Shown here one piece after another: positions 58,701-64,000 of a stretch of DNA of 64,000 bases. The first letter of the stretch is position 1, and each line of letters starts with the position of its first letter. This stretch comes from a virus. Its lineage: Duplodnaviria; Caudoviricetes. The stretch lies in the IMG/VR virus record IMGVR_UViG_3300036783_000180, positions 32,001-96,000 of that record, one strand, 5' to 3'. A program made the position numbers and the translations under genes. Below the pieces are notes generated by a model. The model did not search any database, was not told the origin of the DNA, and saw only the letters and a program-made list of their open reading frames with translations.

Positions 58701-59524
58701 GATATGAATACGTCGGCGGTGCGAACTACCTAACAGTCTTATCTCAAGATGCCATGAGATTCTTTACGTTCGGTTATCAAGAATTCGAAGCGAATAAATT
58801 CACATTTAAAGGGCCGCTTCAATTATTCACAAACAACGATAACCCTGAAAAAGTTCTCGATTTCCAAGAATCAGAATCTATATTCATTGATAAATTTGGT
58901 AACTTTAGAGGTGGACCGACTTCTAGTCAATGGGCTACTTGGTCTATCAAGGATGCGGATCAACAGATTCGATTACTAATGGGTGTCGGAAAAGGAAATT
59001 CTTCTCACACTGATTACCGCGTTTACGGTGGCGCGCATCACTCGTTTTACCAAAACAATAGAAAGATAATAGGATTCTACGGAGGCAGTGATGGTACTTA
59101 CAACTCTGCTATCATAAACTTCCAAGATGAAGCTCTTATGAAGTTCCAACCCGACGGTGGAGCAGGTAAATTCCAATTCGTTAACTTGAATGGTTCCCAA
59201 TGGAAAGCTTTAGAAGCTGGTGGATTCAACAATAAATCTTCATTCATCTGGAAAACAGATATTAAAAATTATGAAGATGATGCATTATCTATTATCAAGA
59301 ATTCAGATTTAATGACATACAAATCGAAGCCAGAAGATACGGATGTTGATTTAGCTACATTAAAAACACACGTTGGCTTAATTGCTGAATTTGCACCGGA
59401 GATTGTTAGATCCGAAGGTGGATACGGTGTTGACCTTTATGCTATGATTTCTGTAGCATGGAGAGCTATTCAACAACTCGCATATAAAATTGATGGAAAA
59501 GTAAATGGAGATATCGTACAATAA
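52751..59524 (+). CDS. giant tail fibre (2257 aa): coiled-coil repeats, tandem CBMs, ILEI-like domain, peptidase S74 chaperone
   Basis: ES[RK]ITQ repeats; four G[GS]xN[LI]..[LFV]ExGNxxT modules; GRGHN..FDTH..WDS..FIG; SSFIWKTDI..GLIAE..AIQQL. Confidence 0.85.
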   Translation: MPKHLTTLDEILFQSNILKQPNYPENPLPNQVWMDTSKEPNILFRWDGTKWIPVGFQKDDGTIQIIEDLKDQIDRLIDDIDTKADKESILQKVKEIEDDLAKKVDGQFVDGKLIIVNNEIDAKLKDLAAKLDEKVNDKVFTDEITGIINSLKEKADLEFINGQLVSKADKDNTFTKEETVNALNSKVSKTEYTTDQEGIVKQLTDQESRVTQTEAELKATVKKTDYEADQKGVVNRLTQAESALTQTAEQISSTVKKTDYELDKKNINDSLAGKAGADDLGLLADRVTKNESAITQTAEEIASTVKKTTYEKDLKDNKVRMDQLGQDLDNKASKNDLNSAVIRITEAESSIKQNAEEITSTVKKTDYEKDQQGVTTRLTNAESKITQQAGLIESTVTKTELQGEKEALDKKINDNNTATTQRFVQAESRITQTEKDITSSVKKVDYDIDQQGVVSRLDTTESKIKQTELDITSKVSNSKYTQDQTTLNTRVSNAESKITQQAELIESKVTKTDYEKDKGTTLSRLTEAESKITQQAGLIESTVTKTEYEVNNKAINDKIEAVKVQAGDGEAINTRFVQAESRITQTEKDITTMVKKTAYETDQQGVINRISKAESRLTQTESDITARVVKSDFDNSMKGKLDVSTFNSKVAEIKATTDSISSTVGSVKTSFEGMKVGGRNLLMGTKGKSLSVTNASTTQANMSFSFVSNMYPVIQGSQLTLSLKASSSGFKKGTVNPWVGIELGIVYSDGTKEWLPLRIQDLLPSTSDFTMYSTVIRLANKPISSINTNTLIRDSQGTVELKEWQVEMGNVATDYKPANEEIDANLNDKANNSDLEAVTKRVTNTESRITQTEGAISLRATKEELTTQINNIAVGSRNLIQQSDFIITTLWKASTNTKFETGIMPDGIINALCWNTGDGYSEINFYIKNIEPNTEYTLSFNAGGSFQTFLWEKTADNKPTAVYKDNTVKQNAPFDMSAIRKTFTRTIRTQPDTQMIQFIFRVTDVSANKTGTSGRIALPKLEKGNVATDWSQAPEDINNMVNGIQVGGNNIIPNSLFKTKGKWRDWGTSGGTRTIGVPVDIAGFSHGFQFDAPAAGEYGYAVDKIEVTQGETYTLSAWFKLTKAGTVKVQEGDTTMKWTSTNATPDINKWIRITHTFVAKASSTSLYFGQDSGSVACAGFVTGAQLERGNKATDWSVSTQDLDDAINDKVSNAEYTKKISELKVTTDKIESSVSSTNQRIDGISIGGANLMDNTSKFLDTRLWTLNGGTSLKAITQQDGIVVLEAVGSIQHGQQVPVKPNTEYVLTTEIMFSKDTSLSGTTPVHWWLTDGVQASGQLGLQTSKIISPTGSTIKANTWTTISIVMKSKSDIKVGAFFKFFIYGAAQLTSDNKYWLKTVKFEEGNIPTSYSPSASDSSYGELYVRGVGNDRPSGGSSVLLNGSEISKTGRGHNLICIKRNDLSIVSNEIFDTHSNLQTPALITKLNSLNDDVIIVLTTWDSAYVNTALATALKRFGGSGREANKMRVPHAFIGIAGIGEGAGIESMTDSGATVPPAEISTKIINGIPQGINIGASEALSRVASAESRITQTEKDITQRVTITDYNGTKLVSMINQTASTVMIDAKNINLNGFLTIGHFSGDVQNKIQTGVDAKGVADSAKSVADTATNTINSNKGTWDRASNINSNGTFNTAKLNGTLSDAQISSANNWNSAKSLMDSWKSGTTLIDGGKIATNTIFAQQINIGDYTNLSQVDELKNPNGIPTAVVNGKRYFKIGPAAYAPLTFADTTIPEFKLNDEYYIAFNGYREAAVTNVTAIIRMFYTDGTWDNAASISILPGTSDSRVAKNLKITSEPNNAKTLSRVQFFLEKDSSTSGYYYVRNLEFRRRYGGDLIVDGSITASHVNVDSLFASTAFINKLKTQSISASQISGGTIDGVTYTSKGTSGNIQISNGTISIDNGKTGTSNINVKLDKGELTFGNAYSSANIRYEYVGGANYLTVLSQDAMRFFTFGYQEFEANKFTFKGPLQLFTNNDNPEKVLDFQESESIFIDKFGNFRGGPTSSQWATWSIKDADQQIRLLMGVGKGNSSHTDYRVYGGAHHSFYQNNRKIIGFYGGSDGTYNSAIINFQDEALMKFQPDGGAGKFQFVNLNGSQWKALEAGGFNNKSSFIWKTDIKNYEDDALSIIKNSDLMTYKSKPEDTDVDLATLKTHVGLIAEFAPEIVRSEGGYGVDLYAMISVAWRAIQQLAYKIDGKVNGDIVQ

Positions 59525-59561
59525 TACTTGTACGATATCTTCGAAAGGAGGTCGGAATGAA

Positions 59562-59792
59562 ATGACTGTAAATCAAGGAGAACAGCAAGAACAAAATCCG
59601 ATGCAAGAACAGAATCCAATGCAAAATCCACAAAGCGATCAAATCTCATTAGAAGTTGTTATCCAAAAACTAGGTCAGAGAATTGGCGTTTTAACTCAAG
59701 CGAACGTTGTACAAGAAACGTTACTTGAACAAAAGGATAAGAAAATAGAAGAACTTACACATCTCTTATCATTGAAAGGAGGTGACAAATAA
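59562..59792 (+). CDS. small coiled-coil protein (fibre accessory)
   Basis: AAAGGAGG SD; QEQNPM repeats. Confidence 0.6.
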   Translation: MTVNQGEQQEQNPMQEQNPMQNPQSDQISLEVVIQKLGQRIGVLTQANVVQETLLEQKDKKIEELTHLLSLKGGDK

Positions 59793-59917
59793 TGATTGAC
59801 TTCTATGCAGCTATGATTATCAAAGGTAACCGAACATTCGATGTTTGCCCGGCTCCTATCAAGCCACAAGTAAAAGAATGTTTAGTCTCTCTTGGCGTTG
59901 GACATCTTGCCGAGTAA
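59792..59917 (+). CDS. 41-aa CD1375/XkdX-like protein (not in ORF track)
   Basis: AAAGGAGG SD; MIDFYAAMIIKGNRTFDVCPAPIKPQVKECL; typical after Firmicute fibres. Confidence 0.7.
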   Translation: MIDFYAAMIIKGNRTFDVCPAPIKPQVKECLVSLGVGHLAE

Positions 59918-59922
59918 TATCC

Positions 59923-59945
59923 AAAACTTGTTATAAGTAAAGTGA
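59923..59945 (+). promoter_or_regulatory. conserved motif, copy 5
   Basis: exact match to copy 1. Confidence 0.8.
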
Positions 59946-59983
59946 AGGGAGTAAAGTATATTAATATACTTTACTCCCTTTTT
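59945..59983 (+). terminator. perfect 36-bp palindrome plus T run
   Basis: AAGGGAGTAAAGTATATT|AATATACTTTACTCCCTT. Confidence 0.7.
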
Positions 59984-60009
59984 ATATCCAGAAAGAAAGG
60001 ATGATTAAC

Positions 60010-60732
60010 ATGAAGAAGAAATTTCATTTATTTATCATGGTAACTATGTTCACACTCATCTCCAGTGGTCTTGAGTTAACTATATTGCATAATACTTTCA
60101 CCAGAGATAAAGCACAAGCAGAGGTAACAGAAAAATTATACAGAGAGAAAAATAGCGATCCTGTAGGAGCGTATGCAGAGCATTACAAGGACATTAGACA
60201 AATCGAATACGATGCATACCAAACCGTAAAAGAACTCACTACAAGAGATTCTAGTTACAATAATACATCTAATAAATTAAGGGAATTAGCTCAAAGTTCA
60301 AGTCGTCTATCAAGCATAATAAATAAAGATTGCGACAAAGCTTATGTCAATTACAGAAATACCGGGAACGACATTTGTTATCGATTATTGGAGTCAGCTA
60401 ATAAAATGAAGAGTGGCCTAGAATACATTTCAGAAATGGAATTAAAGACATACCCTAAAGACAATACAGTTATCATAACTTTATACGCAACAAATAAAGA
60501 TATAAAAACATCATCAGATATGGCAACTGAAGCTTTCGATATAATGAGAAGTTATGCTAACAATAATGATTTAGATATTGAAAAATATATCTCCAAGACA
60601 TATTGGGAATCAAAAGATTTATTACTTGATTTAAAAGAAAAAATAGATAAGCAGCAATTAGATCAGCAAAGACAGAAAGAACAAATCAGAGAGGATGTAT
60701 CAATATTATGGAACAGTTCGAGCACATATTAA
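60010..60732 (+). CDS. hypothetical exported/membrane-anchored protein
   Basis: MKKKFHLFIMVTMFTLISSG signal-like N-terminus. Confidence 0.7.
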   Translation: MKKKFHLFIMVTMFTLISSGLELTILHNTFTRDKAQAEVTEKLYREKNSDPVGAYAEHYKDIRQIEYDAYQTVKELTTRDSSYNNTSNKLRELAQSSSRLSSIINKDCDKAYVNYRNTGNDICYRLLESANKMKSGLEYISEMELKTYPKDNTVIITLYATNKDIKTSSDMATEAFDIMRSYANNNDLDIEKYISKTYWESKDLLLDLKEKIDKQQLDQQRQKEQIREDVSILWNSSSTY

Positions 60733-61196
60733 ACAAGAATTTACTAATGGAATTAAGCAAATATAAACGATACAAAATAGTAAGAACTTTATTAGATAAC
60801 CACACTGATTTTTATGGCATGTTGAATCATATAGATAAATCAAAAACAAAATCAAATGAAACATTAATACAAATCAGCTATACAGTATACGGACGTTCTT
60901 GCAAAGAATGGATTGTTAATCAATTGTTTGATAATGGCAGAACAAAAGAAGTTGCCAATCAAATCATGAATGCGCCTATCTCTTACAAACTAGCTTATGA
61001 ACCTGATTGGCACGATACAAGTGAAATGTACTATGAAGGTGAAATAGGCTTCTCCATTTATTTAGCCATCGAAATAGAAGAAACTCACATCGTCGCATAT
61101 GCAAATCGAAACATGAGATTTGATTATGACGACCCTGCAAGTCCAATACAAACAATGTTAATAACAATGCTGGACAGAGCGCTAGAAATAAAATAG
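60708..61196 (+). CDS. hypothetical protein
   Basis: GAGG SD; overlaps previous gene. Confidence 0.65.
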   Translation: MEQFEHILNKNLLMELSKYKRYKIVRTLLDNHTDFYGMLNHIDKSKTKSNETLIQISYTVYGRSCKEWIVNQLFDNGRTKEVANQIMNAPISYKLAYEPDWHDTSEMYYEGEIGFSIYLAIEIEETHIVAYANRNMRFDYDDPASPIQTMLITMLDRALEIK

Positions 61197-61226
61197 GAGT
61201 GCCCCACTAGGGGCACTCCTATTTTT
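61191..61226. terminator. bidirectional terminator
   Basis: AAATAGGAGTGCCCC-ACTA-GGGGCACTCCTATTT. Confidence 0.85.
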
Positions 61227-61551
61227 CTAACTTACAGCCACAAAATGCTGCAACCTTCTTCCATTTTTCTTCAGTTGTATGACCATCATAAACAGGTTCG
61301 ATTTCTTGCAATGTACCTAAATCAAAATCGTCCGGCACATGGAAATTACACGATCCACCGAATAAGGCAATCACTCGTTTCCAGCCATCCCAATTGTTTT
61401 CTGTATCGTAATACCAGCCGCATATTAAATCTTTATCTTTTACTTCACGCATTAAATTCGCAAGCAAAAGAGCAAGCATGTTTCTATCGAAATAACCGAC
61501 ATCAGCTTCTTTTTCTGGACTCATGCCATCTTTATACACTAGCATTTTCAT
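61219..61551 (-). CDS. phage hypothetical protein
   Basis: YFDRNML..FHVP..YDGHTTEEK; GAGG SD. Confidence 0.7.
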   Translation of the reverse strand: MKMLVYKDGMSPEKEADVGYFDRNMLALLLANLMREVKDKDLICGWYYDTENNWDGWKRVIALFGGSCNFHVPDDFDLGTLQEIEPVYDGHTTEEKWKKVAAFCGCKLEK

Positions 61552-61566
61552 ATCAGGTTTTTCCTC

Positions 61567-61926
61567 TCACACTTCTTTGCTAGCTACATCTTCCAGGAAC
61601 GTAGATACATTTACAAGTTCTGTATGTAACTCTTCTTTTTCAATAGTTCCCTCAGCAACTCTTCCACATAGAATAGCTACTTTATCAGCTGCATATTTCA
61701 CTTGCCCTAGTACACGAGCTTCTGTATCTTCAACCCACTCTTCACCTTCGATATATGACATAGAAACTTGTTGGTCAGTTCCTACAAAACATAATCCTAC
61801 TGCCGGAATATCACCCATATTATATTCTCTAACTTCGATTTTTTCGCTATTTTGTTCGCTTTTAAATATAGCACCTACATGAATTTCACCTTCTGTAATA
61901 CCTTTGAAAATTTCATAACGTTTCAT
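61567..61926 (-). CDS. hypothetical protein
   Basis: GGAGG SD; coupled to upstream gene. Confidence 0.7.
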   Translation of the reverse strand: MKRYEIFKGITEGEIHVGAIFKSEQNSEKIEVREYNMGDIPAVGLCFVGTDQQVSMSYIEGEEWVEDTEARVLGQVKYAADKVAILCGRVAEGTIEKEELHTELVNVSTFLEDVASKEV

Positions 61927-62507
61927 TATTTTCTTCCTCCATTTCTTCTTTTGCCAAATATAATAGAACGTAACGTAGGTCGCTTAGATTCGACAGGCTC
62001 TCTTGTTTTCTCTAGAGCTACCATCGCTTCATTATATCTATCAGCCGCCAATTTAGAGATATGATAGATATTTGTTTCACCACGTTCTACTTCATCTAAT
62101 ATTCGAGTAGCTTCTTCGTAATTAAACATCGTTAAAAGTTGTTTAATCGCAGCATCAGTTGTTTCGTCAATATAATTATAAACTCTTTCTTGTCCAACTG
62201 CATCAGCTTTTATTTGGAACAGTTCTTCTGATAATTTATTTCTTTCGTTTTGTACATCTGCCAAATCAATTCTAAGCTGTCTATTATCCTTCTCAGACTC
62301 GTCTAGAAGTTCCACTGACATTTCCCTTCTAATCTCGCTTTGTCGGTGTAAATCAGCCAATTCCTTTCTCGTAAGGTTAGTGTATTCAATAATGCCATCA
62401 CCTTTTACAACATCACCTTTTACAAGTTGGTGAAATAATCTTTTAAGCTTGCCTACTTCCTTTGTATTGTCTTTAACTACCTTCATGATCATTGCTTCCT
62501 GGTTCAT
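61926..62507 (-). CDS. coiled-coil hypothetical protein
   Basis: AGGAGG SD. Confidence 0.7.
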   Translation of the reverse strand: MNQEAMIMKVVKDNTKEVGKLKRLFHQLVKGDVVKGDGIIEYTNLTRKELADLHRQSEIRREMSVELLDESEKDNRQLRIDLADVQNERNKLSEELFQIKADAVGQERVYNYIDETTDAAIKQLLTMFNYEEATRILDEVERGETNIYHISKLAADRYNEAMVALEKTREPVESKRPTLRSIIFGKRRNGGRK

Positions 62508-62526
62508 TGTTTTTTCCTCCTAAATA

Positions 62527-62865
62527 TCATCTAAACAAATATAGACAAACCATCCCGATCGATAATGCCAATCCCATTAGATTACAGAAGATTAAAATGG
62601 CTACCCAACGTACAAGACGTTTAATCCTTGTATCTTGAAGTAAATTAACTTCCCTTTGCCCTTGAAAATTCTCGTGCAACATATCATACTCACGAGACAA
62701 AGCTTTTATCCCACTTCTGTTCTTTTCTAATTCAGAATGGACCGTTTGGAATTGCCCAATTGCCCAATCCTCATGTTTTTTTAAATCTCGTTTTGTCATC
62801 TTTTTCTCTAACGTTTCTACAACAGCTACATTCTGCGGTGCGCGTTTTTCTAAAACAGTAGTCAC
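62527..62865 (-). CDS. coiled-coil protein with C-terminal TM anchor
   Basis: AGGAGTG SD, GTG start; WVAILIFCNLMGLALSIGMVCLYLF. Confidence 0.7.
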   Translation of the reverse strand: MTTVLEKRAPQNVAVVETLEKKMTKRDLKKHEDWAIGQFQTVHSELEKNRSGIKALSREYDMLHENFQGQREVNLLQDTRIKRLVRWVAILIFCNLMGLALSIGMVCLYLFR

Positions 62866-62869
62866 TTTA

Positions 62870-62923
62870 ATTCACTCCTAACATGATATTTGATAGCTAA
62901 ATTATATCATCTTTAGAATGAAT
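62870..62923 (-). promoter_or_regulatory. extended -10 TGATATAAT inside SD-occluding hairpin
   Basis: ATTCATTCTAA/TTAGGAGTGAAT plus ATGATAT/ATATCAT on - strand. Confidence 0.6.
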
Positions 62924-62938
62924 AACATTGTTAAAATC

Positions 62939-63212
62939 TTACTTTTTAGGGCCGTAAGGTACAACTTCAAAATCTTTTCGGAATTTTGTCTCAATTTCTT
63001 CTCTAATACTTTTAGGTGCATAATACCATTCTACTTCTTCATCCTTATATCTTTTTTTCGAGTTCCTTATCAGTCATCGCACCAACAATTTTTGTAATAG
63101 TTCCATTAGCCGCCCCTGGTCTTTCGAAAGCAGCTCTAAAATTGATTCCCTCACATGGAGAACTACATGGTTTCCCATTTTGATAGATTACATACACTTC
63201 TTCTCTTGCCAT
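62939..63212 (-). pseudogene. frameshifted hypothetical gene (or sequencing error) at an A7 run
   Basis: 274 nt = 3n+1; removing one A at 63052-58 gives a 90-aa ORF ending FEVVPYGPKK. Confidence 0.65.
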
Positions 63213-63233
63213 AACTTTCCCCTTTCTAAACGC

Positions 63234-63263
63234 AAAAACCACACAGGATAATCCCATGTGGTT
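63234..63263 (-). terminator. intrinsic terminator
   Basis: AACCACATGGGA-TTA-TCCTGTGTGGTT plus T run; GU pairs work only on - strand. Confidence 0.7.
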
Positions 63264-63947
63264 GATACGGTTCAGTAGATGTTATATTCGTTCAGAATAT
63301 TATTTGTTTTGTATTGAAATTAGTAAAAGTCACGGGCTTTCCACACCACATAACCTTGTGTCGCAATGTATGATCTCACTCTTACATTGCTTTGAAAACA
63401 TGAAATCGAAAAAAACATACGTGAGACATATAGACTTGGAATAGTTTTATGATTTTTATTGTCACAAAAGTTCCGTATACGTCTGTATTACTACGTAAAC
63501 AAAGGCAATCGATATCTGGGGATATACATTTTTATTTGTTTACGCAATGCTTAGTTATCAGTTATCTGGATTCATGACAATCCTCACGCAATTACAAAAG
63601 CAAAAGTCCAGTTGAACAAGTCATGTGTCCATGACTCATATCGTAGAATGGTAGACGACTCATCATTCATTTCACACACTAGTAATATGCAATAAACAAT
63701 GTCTTTTGTAATTACCCTTAAAAGGTCATGATGTGAGTTATCAAATGTATTGATAACTCACATCATGACGGAAACTGTTGGGAGTCAGTTTCCGACTGAT
63801 GATGATAGGCTGTTTCAATTTTACAAAGATAACCTTTTCCGCAAATTACCTTTGAAGCATAAAGATAAATAAAACACATTTTATTTTTTTTACAAACTAA
63901 CTAGTCAAATCGGCTTGTATTTCAAGTCGGCAAGAAGCTAACCTGTT
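63234..63947 (-). ncRNA. candidate large structured non-coding RNA (~715 nt)
   Basis: bounded by promoter and terminator; no credible ORF; at least 8 helices, some nested. Confidence 0.5.
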
Positions 63948-63954
63948 GAAACAA

Positions 63955-63983
63955 AGTATACTATACAATCAAGTTCAAGGCAA
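63955..63983 (-). promoter_or_regulatory. sigma-A promoter TTGCCT-17-TATACT
   Basis: near-consensus hexamers with 17-bp spacing. Confidence 0.7.
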
Positions 63984-64000
63984 TAGCGAATTTAAAAGTT

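Noticed and set aside
49414-59524. Diversity-generating retroelement or invertible fibre switch
   Set aside because: No reverse transcriptase, adenine-specific repeat pair, invertase or inverted crossover sites seen
4983-59945. 23-bp repeats as a CRISPR array or iterons
   Set aside because: Copies are dispersed over 55 kb without regular spacers; no cas or rep gene adjacent
467-62064. Numerous 60-140 aa ORFs antisense to or overlapping long genes (e.g. 5695..6090, 29679..30092, 20679..20996)
   Set aside because: Shadow ORFs lacking SD and coding-like composition
63256-63444. 62-aa ORF on + strand
   Set aside because: No SD, atypical composition, antisense to the promoter-terminator unit
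63877-63908. Second minus-strand promoter TTGACT..TAAAAT
   Set aside because: 19-bp spacing in an A/T tract; weaker than the 63955-83 promoter
63234-63947. Group I/II intron or tRNA cluster
   Set aside because: No GUGCG 5' end, domain V, P7 core or cloverleaf/T-loop recognised; it does not interrupt a gene

Overview
AT-rich segment of a large contractile-tailed (myovirus-type) phage or plasmid-prophage, probably infecting the Bacillus cereus group (SSB C-terminus [14 protein letters not shown], Firmicute SD and sigma-A signals; host assignment is inference). Layout: 1-9.8 kb (+) replication and accessory genes (Zn-finger/TOPRIM/P-loop primase-helicase, SF2 helicase). 9.9-42 kb (-) one long morphogenesis cluster: prohead protease, head-internal/scaffold proteins, HK97-type capsid, neck, sheath, tube, frameshifted tail chaperones, tape measure, two paralogous hub/lysin proteins, baseplate, holin. 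42-49 kb ssb, guanylate kinase, YhaM and accessory cassettes. 49.4-59.9 kb (+) three paralogous tail fibres with chaperones. 60-64 kb hypotheticals and a ~715-nt ORF-free structured transcription unit. No terminase, portal, tRNA or CRISPR seen. Main leads: (1) a recurrent hydrophobic-x-K-x-A motif in the protease and head-associated proteins, including a ParB-domain protein, suggesting an unusual head maturation/cargo code; (2) a candidate large structured ncRNA with its own promoter and terminator; (3) a 23-bp phage-specific motif in five copies heading small-gene cassettes, one of them empty; (4) five hairpins that bury a gene's SD and enclose that gene's promoter, including the holin. All calls were made by eye without database searches.
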